Part shown: positions 1 through 8,892 of the stretch, one piece after another
Layout: every line of letters begins with the position of its first letter
Numbering within the stretch: position 1 is the first letter of the stretch
NCBI GenBank assembly: GCA_964482725.1
Contig: CAYZYT010000001.1
Span: 4,632 to 68,631, forward strand
DNA: 64,000 nucleotides
Direction of reading: 5' to 3'
Source of the DNA: an uncultured bacterium
GTDB taxonomy: Bacteria; Omnitrophota; Omnitrophia; Omnitrophales; Aquincolibacteriaceae
Notes under the pieces: generated by a model
The model's input: the letters and a program-made list of their open reading frames with translations, nothing else
Told to the model about the DNA's origin: nothing
The model's database searches: none
Position numbers and translations under genes: made by a program

Positions 1-630
1 AAAATAAAGATAATTAGCAGAACTATATCTACCTTCAGAACCATAGACCCACTGCTCAGAAGAACCCAAAGCGTTAACAGTCCGATTAACGTCTGTCGCT
101 TCTCCCCAAGAAAACAAAACTTCGTCCTTATTCATTCCGATTACAATTTTTTTAGCTAAAACAGTTTGCTTTAATTTCAGTCTGTCAGGATGTTCTTGAA
201 AATGCTTTTCTATCCCTTCCTTGAGTTCTCTCGCCTTCTTTTCCACTGGCTGTTCATGTCGCACAAACTTACCATTTTCAAAGAAAAAATAGCTCTCTAT
301 CACATCATAAGAACCATAGCCGTTATAAGCAGTTGTTCTATAAACCCACATATCTTGACTCAAGATATTGTTACATTTCGTTTGCGCTACATTGGCGCTA
401 AAGGGATTGCTGACATCTGCACACTCGCCTTTGCGTTTAACTAAGGTAGGGGGAACAAAAGTAGCCAAAATTTGCTCTTCACTCATGCCCACACACGACC
501 GCCCTTTAAGCATGCAGGTTTTGATGTCGCTGGGAGTGTCAGGGTGTTGCTTGAGATATTCCTTTGCAGTAGACGCACAACCGCTTAAAAACATCACGAA
601 TAATAATGCTATGAGTAAATTTCTTTTCAT
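1..630 (-). CDS. Putative lipoprotein, 3' truncated by window edge. Minus-strand ORF starts with ATG at 630 (MKRNLLIALLFVMFLSGCAST..., lipobox LSGC) and runs off the window start.
   Basis: Manual minus-strand translation. Signal peptide plus Cys lipobox. AT-rich (~38% GC) unlike the rest of the window. Absent from the ORF track because it is incomplete. Confidence 0.4.
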   Translation of the reverse strand, partial: MKRNLLIALLFVMFLSGCASTAKEYLKQHPDTPSDIKTCMLKGRSCVGMSEEQILATFVPPTLVKRKGECADVSNPFSANVAQTKCNNILSQDMWVYRTTAYNGYGSYDVIESYFFFENGKFVRHEQPVEKKARELKEGIEKHFQEHPDRLKLKQTVLAKKIVIGMNKDEVLFSWGEATDVNRTVNALGSSEQWVYGSEGRYSSANYLYF

Positions 631-876
631 CTGTTCCTTTACTTTTAGCAGTAAGCGTTTTCGCGCTACAATGTTGGTGCATTTCTGCCCGACATTAGCA
701 CACTGAAAATCAAAGCCAAATTCACCAATGTAAAAAGCACACATAACACCTTCATTGCTACGCCACCATTCTTAGCCATCTCGGCATAACGCAATAGAAT
801 GTACAGTCCGATCATCAGCCCAATGTCTGGTATCATGAGACCCCTCCTCGTTTGCTTGTCTAAAATTTCTCTAGCT

Positions 877-1416
877 TTAGTATCCCCTCATTTTAGAATC
901 TGCAACCGTTGCAATTATCCTAATAAGATTATCTACCCCAACGCCTCTAGCATCTCTCGCTGTATTTTTAACCTCTAAGACAAAATCATATAAAGAGGCG
1001 TCCGGTACTTTCTTCCAAAGCTCATAGAAGGTGTGAAAAAGAAATGCAGCTATCTTGTAAGAAGGAACATCTGGATAATAGCCACTGATAATATTTAAAA
1101 GCGATTGAAACGCCTCTTTGGAGTGCTTTCCATCAAGCTTTGTCATTCGTTCTAGCATTATGTCTACTGTCTGTTCGCCCGACATTGCTTGCTCATTTTC
1201 ATTTTTGGGCGTCTCTTGCTTTGCCGTACCACTTAAAATGAACGTAGCCAGCACAATTAAAAACAATAATCCACCCACTGTAAAAAGAGCACTGCTATGG
1301 TCGACGTTTACTTTTTTCTCGGGAATGTTTTTGGGAGCAGAAAGCATTTCGTTGCAGTGTTTACATTTGACTGCTTCGTCTTGTATGTCTTCTGCGCAGA
1401 AAGAGCATTTCTTCAT
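877..1416 (-). CDS. Zinc-ribbon membrane protein (N-terminal CxxC...CxxC, one TM helix, C-terminal domain of unknown function).
   Basis: ORF-track protein MKKCSFCAEDIQDEAVKCKHCNEML... Zn-ribbon motif followed by the hydrophobic helix LLFLIVLATFILSG. AT-rich codon usage. Confidence 0.5.
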   Translation of the reverse strand: MKKCSFCAEDIQDEAVKCKHCNEMLSAPKNIPEKKVNVDHSSALFTVGGLLFLIVLATFILSGTAKQETPKNENEQAMSGEQTVDIMLERMTKLDGKHSKEAFQSLLNIISGYYPDVPSYKIAAFLFHTFYELWKKVPDASLYDFVLEVKNTARDARGVGVDNLIRIIATVADSKMRGY

Positions 1417-1484
1417 GCGCGAATGCTACACCCCATGATTAAGGGGTGTCAACGCCTTTAACCAATACCCCATAATCGAGGGGT

Positions 1485-1700
1485 ATGACTCAGGAAATTC
1501 GACATCAAATCAGTCAGAAGATTAAGAAGCTTCGCCAAGACAGCAAACTAACCCAAGCAAAGCTGTCTGAGCTGTGTAGGGTGAAGTATAAGTATCTTCA
1601 GCAAATCGAAGGTAAGAACCCGCCCAATCTAAGAGCAGACACTCTTGCGCGAATAGCAAAAGCGTTAAAAGTCTCTCCCTCTAAACTACTCGACTGTTAG
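1485..1700 (+). CDS. XRE-family helix-turn-helix transcriptional regulator (small, 71 aa).
   Basis: LTQAKLSELCRVKYKYLQQIEG is the classic HTH_XRE pattern. Divergent from the zinc-ribbon gene. Only convincing plus-strand CDS in the window. Confidence 0.65.
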   Translation: MTQEIRHQISQKIKKLRQDSKLTQAKLSELCRVKYKYLQQIEGKNPPNLRADTLARIAKALKVSPSKLLDC

Positions 1701-2154
1701 TTCCTCAGCAGCAGAGCATCACCTCACAAAAAACACTCTATCCTCAGGGGCATTAGTAGTCTGGTGTCAATCCAGCGACAAAAGCACGTCAAAATCAGAG
1801 TTTTTTGCTTTGTTGCGTGTTAAGAGGAATTATTCAGAAGTGCTTTATTGATAAAGAGAAGGAGAGAATTTAAGAGAAGAGAGCACCTGTATTTTTTAAA
1901 TTACAAAACAGCTGCTCTACCCCTGAGCTACACCAGCAGAATTATAACAACCCCTGTCTGTCCTCCGCATACATCTGCGGAGGCGGAAGCCAAACCAGCA
2001 CTTATCCTCATTCATTTAAAATTCAAAGGCAATGAGTGGCGTCCGGGTCCATCTTTCATGGCTCCTCAAGACCAGGCAGCGCAAAGACAAACGCCAAGGC
2101 CGCGTAATATATCAGATTTTTCCGCCCTTGAGTATCAAGAATAAAAAGACCGGA

Positions 2155-4506
2155 TCAAACGTGCTTGACGGGATCCTGAGACTTGTACAAAGGATCGTTT
2201 TCCGCGACCTTACGCTTGAAAAGTCGCTGAGGCCCGAAGGGTTTCATCATGATCAAGATCGCCGGCATGACCAGAAGGGAGCAAATGAGCGCCAGGAAGA
2301 TCGTCAAACTCGTCAGCACCCCAAAATGCACGGTGATGCGGAAACTTGCACAGACGCTCGCGGCAAACCCCATGCACAGGATCAGGGTCGAGACCACCAT
2401 CGACTGGCCCATGTTGCGATAGGTGTGATGCAGCGACTGGATATAATGAGACCGCTGCTGGAATTCCTTGCGAAACCGGTAAAGGAACTGGATCGAGGCG
2501 TCCACCACCAGACCCAGCACAATACTCGCGATCATCGCCGTCGCGGTAGAAAGCTCGATACCGGCAAACCCCATGATCCCATAGACCATAAGGATCGGGA
2601 TCAGATTCGGAATGGCGGCTAAAAGCCCGAGCGGGACGGACCGGAAGATCAGAATGATCACGATCAGGATGGACACGAACGCGAACGCGAAACTTTGGGT
2701 CTGCTCCTGGACCAGGCTCTTGGCGATCTTTCCCAAGAGAACCACATTCCCCGTCAGTTTATATTCGAAGGCATCGCTCATATGGTCCTGAAGATATTCC
2801 CGCACCCGCTCCTCCAACAGCGCTCCTTTGGTCGTCCCGATCGCACGCATGCGCGCCTCCAGACGCACCTCCTTGAAATCATGGGACACCAGTTTCCAAA
2901 GCTCCGGATCATTGGAATGGGCCAACCCTTTAAAATAAAGATTGAGCATCATAGGATTCCTGGGAATGCGATAAGCCTTGGGATCATCCTCGCGGGCCTC
3001 GTTGATCTTTTTGACAAGCGTCGTGATGCTATTGACCTTCGCGATCCCGGGCTCACTCTCCAGATAGGTCTTGAACTGGTCCAGAAGGTTCAGAGATTTC
3101 GCATCCACCATGCTCTCCCCGTCCTTGCGACGGAACACGAACCCTAGCGAATAAACCCCGGTGAGACGTTCGTCGATAAACCGGGTGGCGATCGCCAGCG
3201 GCAGGTTCGGTTTCATCTGCTTCACGATATTCGTATCCACCTCGAGCTTTTGAGTGCCCTGAAAGGAAAGCACCATCACCAGGCCCGTCACGATCAGGAT
3301 CCACCATTTCCAGCGAAATTCGAGTTTCTCCAGAAACCCTAGCAGGACCCGGTTGAAAAAATGAGATTCATTCGTAGCGCCGGGATCCACCGGCCGGTAC
3401 GGAAGGATCGGAAGAAGCAGGGTCGTTAACACAAGCTCGACAATATAAGAATAAAAGGTCCCGAGCGCCGCGTAGATCCCAAAACTCTGGATCGCCGGGA
3501 TCGGGCTCAACGCGAGCGAACCAAACCCCAGGACCGCCGTAAAATGCGTGAGAAAACACGGCATCCCAAGCTGTTGGATCGTCACGCTCACCGCTTCTTT
3601 AAGGCTCTTGTGATGCGGCCGGACCTCAAAAAAGAGATTGATCAGATACGTCGAATTGATGACCGAGACGATCATGATCACCGGCGCCAAAAGAGAGGTC
3701 ATGAGATTGAGTTCCTGCCCCAGGAGAGAGATCGTCCCGAGGGTCCAGACCAGCGTGGTAATAACGATCGACATGGAAAGGACCATACAAGCGAAACTGC
3801 GATAGATCAGAAAGGTCATCACGACCAGAATCACCGAAATGAGCGGCACAAAGACCATCTGGTCACGGTGGATCAGATCAATAAACTCATACTGTTCGAC
3901 CGGCGCACCCGCCATATAGAATTTCACCCCCGGTTGTTCAAAATCATCCAGATAACCTTTGAGGGCCTCGATGAACGCACCATTGGCCGCGGCACTGTTC
4001 TTTTCTGCGGGCTTCAAAAAGACAAGGATGTTGGCGATCTTCCCATCCTTGGAAACAATATTGCTGAGATAGAGTTCGTTACGGAGCACCTCTTTTTTAA
4101 CCTCCGCGATCGAACGCTCGCCTTCAAACACCCCTTCAAGCGCCGGCACGGTCTTCACGCCAAGCAACTTATGTTTGATGTCCATCGCGTTGGCGAGACT
4201 GATCACACGTTCCACCTGGGCGTAACTGGCAATGCCATCGGTGATGCTCTTGAGGGTCTTGAGATTGGCGGGTGTAAAAAGATCTTCGGTCGACATCGCG
4301 ACGGCGATCATCTGATCACTGCCATATTTAATGCGATACTGCTGATAATACTGATACTCGGGGGACTTCTTGATGAAAAGCGTTTCCATGGAAGGATCGA
4401 CCGAGAGCTTCGAGACGGCGATCCCGAAGAAAAGAACGCTGATCAGCATGGCCAACAAGACCGGCCAACGAAAATGATGAATGAACTCTGCGAATTGACG
4501 GAACAT
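2155..4506 (-). CDS. MMPL/RND-superfamily exporter (HpnN-like), two 6-TM bundles separated by periplasmic loops.
   Basis: 783 aa with two blocks of clustered TM helices and large loops (MMPL/SSD architecture). Confidence 0.8.
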   Translation of the reverse strand: MFRQFAEFIHHFRWPVLLAMLISVLFFGIAVSKLSVDPSMETLFIKKSPEYQYYQQYRIKYGSDQMIAVAMSTEDLFTPANLKTLKSITDGIASYAQVERVISLANAMDIKHKLLGVKTVPALEGVFEGERSIAEVKKEVLRNELYLSNIVSKDGKIANILVFLKPAEKNSAAANGAFIEALKGYLDDFEQPGVKFYMAGAPVEQYEFIDLIHRDQMVFVPLISVILVVMTFLIYRSFACMVLSMSIVITTLVWTLGTISLLGQELNLMTSLLAPVIMIVSVINSTYLINLFFEVRPHHKSLKEAVSVTIQQLGMPCFLTHFTAVLGFGSLALSPIPAIQSFGIYAALGTFYSYIVELVLTTLLLPILPYRPVDPGATNESHFFNRVLLGFLEKLEFRWKWWILIVTGLVMVLSFQGTQKLEVDTNIVKQMKPNLPLAIATRFIDERLTGVYSLGFVFRRKDGESMVDAKSLNLLDQFKTYLESEPGIAKVNSITTLVKKINEAREDDPKAYRIPRNPMMLNLYFKGLAHSNDPELWKLVSHDFKEVRLEARMRAIGTTKGALLEERVREYLQDHMSDAFEYKLTGNVVLLGKIAKSLVQEQTQSFAFAFVSILIVIILIFRSVPLGLLAAIPNLIPILMVYGIMGFAGIELSTATAMIASIVLGLVVDASIQFLYRFRKEFQQRSHYIQSLHHTYRNMGQSMVVSTLILCMGFAASVCASFRITVHFGVLTSLTIFLALICSLLVMPAILIMMKPFGPQRLFKRKVAENDPLYKSQDPVKHV

Positions 4507-4583
4507 GGCGCTTATTCTACCATAAAACAGGATGGAGCAAGAACGGGGCTTTCGTCATCGCCATCCTTCATCCGTCATCCCTT

Positions 4584-4802
4584 TTAATTAATTTCAACGA
4601 TTTTTATTTTACTTTTAAACCCGCCCACGATCGCGATGCGGCTTTTCGGGACTTTGAAATAGACCGCCAACGTCTCGATCACCGATTCGTTGGCACGCCC
4701 CTCCTGAGGCGGAGCCTTGACCAGGACCCGAAGCTCCCCGCCGGGTCCTTCCTGAACGGTATTTTCTTTGGCGTTCGTTTTGACTTTGATCGTGTATTTC
4801 AT
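4584..4802 (-). CDS. DUF167/YggU-family small protein.
   Basis: 72 aa with the GRANESVIETLA motif typical of UPF0235/DUF167. Confidence 0.65.
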   Translation of the reverse strand: MKYTIKVKTNAKENTVQEGPGGELRVLVKAPPQEGRANESVIETLAVYFKVPKSRIAIVGGFKSKIKIVEIN

Positions 4803-4808
4803 GATAAA

Positions 4809-4940
4809 AAGACCTCAGACGACGGACTAGCGACTACAGCAAAAACCCTTCTTTCAAAAACCCGATTCTCTCTATCGAAACTCGCTTCGGATAAGAGCCG
4901 CGATGTTGTCCCGGGGCTGCAGTCTCTAGTCTCTGGTCTG
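4809..4940. repeat. REP-like element: inverted heptad arrays 4809-4839 (AGACCTC AGACGAC GGACTAG CGACTAC) and 4916-4940 (revcomp AGACCAG AGACTAG AGACTGC) flanking an ~75-nt spacer. The right arm overlaps the stop codon of the 4926-5360 CDS.
   Basis: Read directly. Same family as the elements at 5951-6073, 12678-12780, 28884-28914 and 29294-29324. Confidence 0.55.
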
Positions 4941-5360
4941 TTTCGGGGTGATCTCCCAATCCCAGGCGATAGGAGCGTCGCTCGCGGGATCGAGCGGAAC
5001 ACGGGTCCGGAAATCGTCCTGAAAGCACATGCGGCTGGTTTTGTCGCAATAATAGAGCCGCGCGCTCAGGATCACGGCTTTGGAACCCGCGGCAGATGTG
5101 AATATGAGTTTATAAGGAGAAACGAGCGGATTGAAATTCTTATCTCGAACCGGAACCGAGAGAGTCTTTTCCAGACTTTCAGTTCTCCACGTGAGCACAA
5201 AGGGAGCTCCTTCGGTAAATCCGTAACTATCCGGAAATCGGAACGTGAGAGCCAAAGTCGTGGGCGGCCTCCGGTCTCCGATTTCGGGCGGTCTGAAAAA
5301 AAAGATCGCAACGGCCGTCACGATCGCGACAAGAACCACGCCATAAATATATTTTTTCAT
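4926..5360 (-). CDS. Small membrane-anchored hypothetical protein (N-terminal TM helix).
   Basis: MKKYIYGVVLVAIVTAVAIFFF signal anchor. No recognisable domain. Confidence 0.45.
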   Translation of the reverse strand: MKKYIYGVVLVAIVTAVAIFFFRPPEIGDRRPPTTLALTFRFPDSYGFTEGAPFVLTWRTESLEKTLSVPVRDKNFNPLVSPYKLIFTSAAGSKAVILSARLYYCDKTSRMCFQDDFRTRVPLDPASDAPIAWDWEITPKQTRD

Positions 5361-5405
5361 TGGGCTCCTCCTTACCTGAGGCGGGGCTATCGGCAGCTCG
5401 TCAGC

Positions 5406-5945
5406 TTAGAGTCCATGCTTTAAAACGGGATATTTTTTATCTTTATCGGAAAGGATGAATGCGCGATCGAGCTTCGGCCAGGGGATCGCGAGGCCAGGAT
5501 CCGACCAGAGAATCCCCCGCTCGTGTTCGGGGGAATAATAATCCGAGACCTTGTACATGAATTCCGTCCCTTCTTCCAGGACGCAGAATCCGTGGGCAAA
5601 ACCTTTGGGGATATAGAACATTTTCCGGTTCTCCGCCGAAAGCAAGATCGAGAAAAACTTGCCGAAAGTCTTGGACTTGGGGCGGATATCCACCGCCACA
5701 TCAAAGACGGACCCACGGAGGACCCGCATGAGCTTGGCCTGCGCGCGCGGTGAGTTCTGATAGTGCAAACCCCGCAGCACACCCTTGGCGGAAGAACTGA
5801 CGTTATCCTGAACAAAATCGTCCTTAATGCCGTTTTGGACGAAAAGCTTTTTCCGGTAACTTTCATAAAAAAAGCCGCGCGGGTCGCTGAAGACCTTCGG
5901 CTCGATCACGATCACGCCCTCAATAGAAGTTTTTATGAAGTTCAT
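5406..5945 (-). CDS. rfbC: dTDP-4-dehydrorhamnose 3,5-epimerase (RmlC/RfbC).
   Basis: GVIVIEPKVFSDPRGFFYESY... RGLHYQ... FYIPKGFAHGF are canonical RmlC cupin motifs. Confidence 0.9.
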   Translation of the reverse strand: MNFIKTSIEGVIVIEPKVFSDPRGFFYESYRKKLFVQNGIKDDFVQDNVSSSAKGVLRGLHYQNSPRAQAKLMRVLRGSVFDVAVDIRPKSKTFGKFFSILLSAENRKMFYIPKGFAHGFCVLEEGTEFMYKVSDYYSPEHERGILWSDPGLAIPWPKLDRAFILSDKDKKYPVLKHGL

Positions 5946-5950
5946 TTTTT

Positions 5951-6073
5951 CAGACCTCAGACATCAGACCACAGACTACAGCAAAGACGTCGGCCTCACC
6001 AGTCCTCTCCCCGGGGGAGAAGGACAGGTGAGGGAATTTTGTCTCTGGTCTGTAGTCTCTGGTCTGCAGTCTC
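5951..6073. repeat. REP-like element: heptad arrays 5951-5982 (CAGACCTC AGACATC AGACCAC AGACTAC) and 6041-6073 (inverted) around a central imperfect hairpin at 5994-6033 (cctcacc...ggtgagg). The right arm overlaps the stop of the receiver gene.
   Basis: Read directly. Sits at the 3' end of the receiver gene and upstream of rfbC, so probably a terminator or stability structure. Confidence 0.55.
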
Positions 6074-6440
6074 AGTTAAGCAGCTTCTCAATTTCTTCGG
6101 TAATTCTTACAAGGTTAAAAGGTTTTTGGAGGAACGTGTCACGACCGATCAATTCCGCTTCATCCATCACGTGCTGGTCCACGTATCCCGTCACCATGAT
6201 GGTCTTGGTCTTGGGAGATTTTTCCTTGCAGGCACGAAGCACTTCGGTCCCGGACGCATCCGGAAGTTTCACGTCGATCAGGATCACATCCGGATGAATT
6301 TCCTCGATCAACCGGATCCCAGCCTTGGCGGTATCCGCCGTGTGGGTCTCATAACCCTCTTCCTCAAGGAACTCCTTGATCTCCTGGACGATCCCAGCCT
6401 CGTCATCCACGATCAGGATTTTTTTCTTTACGTTCGGCAT
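6072..6440 (-). CDS. Single-domain response regulator (CheY-like receiver).
   Basis: ILIVDDE ... phospho-acceptor Asp in ILIDVKLPD ... K in LQKPF. Confidence 0.85.
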   Translation of the reverse strand: MPNVKKKILIVDDEAGIVQEIKEFLEEEGYETHTADTAKAGIRLIEEIHPDVILIDVKLPDASGTEVLRACKEKSPKTKTIMVTGYVDQHVMDEAELIGRDTFLQKPFNLVRITEEIEKLLN

Positions 6441-6454
6441 ATCGCCTCGCTTTA

Positions 6455-6555
6455 TCGTCCCATGTCACACGCCACAAGCCACACGAAACGCTATTTTCCT
6501 AACTCTCTGTGCCTTGCGGCCTTGTGTCTTTGTGTCCTTGCGTTGTGCGTTATTC
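6455..6555. repeat. Inverted arrays of CACAAG-type 7-8 nt tandem repeats (gtcacacgccacaagccacacg ... ccttgtgtctttgtgtccttgcgttgtgcg) between the receiver gene start and the histidine kinase stop.
   Basis: Read directly. Can fold into a long imperfect hairpin. Different sequence from the GAGAC family but the same construction. Confidence 0.4.
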
Positions 6556-8891
6556 TATCCCACCAGCCCCTTCGGGAGAACAGGTTTTAAGGCCGGGGTT
6601 TCTGAATAAATAGGAAGCGTTAGCGTAAACGTCGTCCCCTCCCCGAGTCTGCTATCCACCGTGATCGTCCCGCCGTGCAATTCGATGATGTATTTGCACA
6701 TGTAAAGCCCAAGCCCCGAACCCTTGCCCGGCGCCTTGGTCGTAAACCCGTAGTTGAAAACCTTTTTCATCACATCTTCGGTCATCCCTGAGCCATTGTC
6801 CCGGAAGTGGATCGCGACCATACTGGGATCCCGCGGATCGATCTCGGCGAGAACCCCGATCTTGCGGTGACGTTTTCCGGCCATGGCATGATACGCATTG
6901 ATGAAAAGATTCAGGAACACCTCCTGGAGACGCTCCAAATCTCCTCGGATCAGAGGCACATTCCCCGGGACATTGAAATCGACTTCCGTCCCCGAAAGGT
7001 TATCGAGATAAGTCTGGAATTGCACAAGCGGCAGTGTCTCCTCCAGGATGAGCTTCAAGGATAAGGCCTCGAATTTTCCTTTTTCTGATTTCTTGAGCAG
7101 CCCGGTCAGCGTATTCACCACCGCCTTGATACGCTCAATATTTTTTTCCATCTTCTCGAACACATCGAGGATCTCCGTCACCTTCATATCCTGGTTTTTT
7201 CGGTATTTTAAAATGACGCGCGACACGTTCATCGAAAGGATGGTGAGCGGATTATTCACCTCGTGACCCACCGAGGCGGCCAACCGGCCCAGCGTCGCCA
7301 TTTTCTGTTCGTGAATGAGCTGGGCCTGCGTATCCTGAAGCTGTTTATTCGCCCCTTCGGCCTCTTGCAGGGCCTTGATCAAAAGCGTCTTCGAGTGCTC
7401 GAGCTGCCCATTGATCCGTTCAAGTTCGATGGTTTTCCGGACAGCCTCGTCATAGAGCCGCGCATTCTCGATGGCAATGGAGGATTCCTGAGCGAGGGTG
7501 TAGAGGAGGTTCAGATCTTCGGTCGAATAATATTCTCCGGATTTCTTTTCGCCGAGCATGAGGATATTCCGGAGTTCGCGCCCTAAAAAACTCGGCACAC
7601 AGCAACTGGCGTTGAGCTGGTTCATCCGTTCCCGGATCGCCTCGTAATCATAGGCTTTCTCACTTTTGTCCCTCCGGGAAGAGGCCTCCTCGACCTGCTC
7701 CCGGATCCGCTCGATATCCACCGCCTCTTTGTGAGTCTCCAGATAGTGGATCAGCGGGTCATTCTCATAAAGCGTGAGCGTCAGGAACTTTTTATCGAAC
7801 CCGCGCTGGTACACGAGGTGATACTGGTCACTCGTCCCCTCCCGCATCAACACCGCCGCATTCTTCACCCGCATCTTCATAGTCACAAAATGCACCACAA
7901 GGCCCAGGAGATGCTCCAGGCTCTCAATGTTCGACATCCCCCGCGACGCGTCTTTCAGAAGCTTGTGATAGTCGTACTTTTTCTGAAAAAGGAACTGGTC
8001 CGTGAGGTGCATCAAGGACTTCCGGATGGGGTCAAAAAGAGAAATAGCGACGAGAATACAAAGAATCTGCGTGGCCATCCGGCCCATCCCCAGAAACTGC
8101 CCGAGATAACTTTGAGCGACGGCGGTCACCACGCTGACAATGGCGATGATCACCCCGAAAAGACCGGCAAATACGATCGTTTTCCGGATGAGTGTTTCGA
8201 CGTCGATGAAACGATACCTCAAAACCGCATACGCCGTAACGCACGAAAAAAAGAAAACCCCCCAAAGCCCGAAAGGAAATGGGAAAAAACTGAGGTCATA
8301 AACCGGGAGAAAACCGCCCACGCCCCCCAAATACCCCAGGACATTGGCCGCCAGAAATGCAATCAGGGCTTTACGCTGTTGTCCCTTTCTTCTCATAGCA
8401 ACTCGCGCAAGCGTAAAAAATGCCACAGAAACAAAAAGAGCGAACAGAAGGCTCCAGACCCCGAAGAGGATCCCCGGATCCGGGAAGTAATTAAAGGTCA
8501 GTTTGGGGCTAACGTCCGTGATGAAAAGATGCGGCATAAAAATGATGCTGAGGGATATCCCCGAGATCAAACAATAGCCGACTTTGATGGTTTTTTTAAG
8601 ATAGCCATCTTCATTCCCGGTATACACCCGCACGAAATGCAGAAAAGCAACGGGGATAAAGACGCCTACGGCGTGACATACCTGGCAAAGGATGTAAGCC
8701 AGCCGATGATCATTGATAGAGGTGGCGGCAAAGACAAAAGCACTCCAGTGGGCGATCGTAAAAAGATACCAGCAAAAGCAAGTAACGAGTTTCCGATTCG
8801 TGGCCCGGAGATAGACCAGCAGCATCAGGGAAAACGCCGTGATCGAGGTGATGATTGCGGAATAGCCGTACTGTTGTGCGGGCGTCAGCAT
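6555..8891 (-). CDS. Sensor histidine kinase: N-terminal multi-TM (7TM-type) domain, GAF-like region, coiled coil, HisKA (HEVNNPLT), HATPase_c.
   Basis: Motifs read from the translation. Start placed at internal Met (MLTPAQQYG..., ATG at 8891) directly abutting the stop of the upstream methyltransferase gene at 8893. The 55-aa extension in the ORF track overlaps that gene. Confidence 0.85.
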   Translation of the reverse strand: MLTPAQQYGYSAIITSITAFSLMLLVYLRATNRKLVTCFCWYLFTIAHWSAFVFAATSINDHRLAYILCQVCHAVGVFIPVAFLHFVRVYTGNEDGYLKKTIKVGYCLISGISLSIIFMPHLFITDVSPKLTFNYFPDPGILFGVWSLLFALFVSVAFFTLARVAMRRKGQQRKALIAFLAANVLGYLGGVGGFLPVYDLSFFPFPFGLWGVFFFSCVTAYAVLRYRFIDVETLIRKTIVFAGLFGVIIAIVSVVTAVAQSYLGQFLGMGRMATQILCILVAISLFDPIRKSLMHLTDQFLFQKKYDYHKLLKDASRGMSNIESLEHLLGLVVHFVTMKMRVKNAAVLMREGTSDQYHLVYQRGFDKKFLTLTLYENDPLIHYLETHKEAVDIERIREQVEEASSRRDKSEKAYDYEAIRERMNQLNASCCVPSFLGRELRNILMLGEKKSGEYYSTEDLNLLYTLAQESSIAIENARLYDEAVRKTIELERINGQLEHSKTLLIKALQEAEGANKQLQDTQAQLIHEQKMATLGRLAASVGHEVNNPLTILSMNVSRVILKYRKNQDMKVTEILDVFEKMEKNIERIKAVVNTLTGLLKKSEKGKFEALSLKLILEETLPLVQFQTYLDNLSGTEVDFNVPGNVPLIRGDLERLQEVFLNLFINAYHAMAGKRHRKIGVLAEIDPRDPSMVAIHFRDNGSGMTEDVMKKVFNYGFTTKAPGKGSGLGLYMCKYIIELHGGTITVDSRLGEGTTFTLTLPIYSETPALKPVLPKGLVG

Positions 8892-8892
8892 T

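Noticed and set aside
1717-1800. Possible tRNA at the low-GC/high-GC junction (ctgg-tgtcaat-ccag resembles a T-arm), which would mark an island integration site.
   Set aside because: No acceptor stem, D-arm or anticodon arm could be built. The A-rich flanks do not fit a tRNA, and there is no CCA or discriminator context.
1966-1987. Perfect 8-bp hairpin cctccgca-tacatc-tgcggagg downstream of the MMPL gene.
   Set aside because: No U-tract on either strand, so it was not called as an intrinsic terminator. It may still be structural, but the evidence is insufficient.
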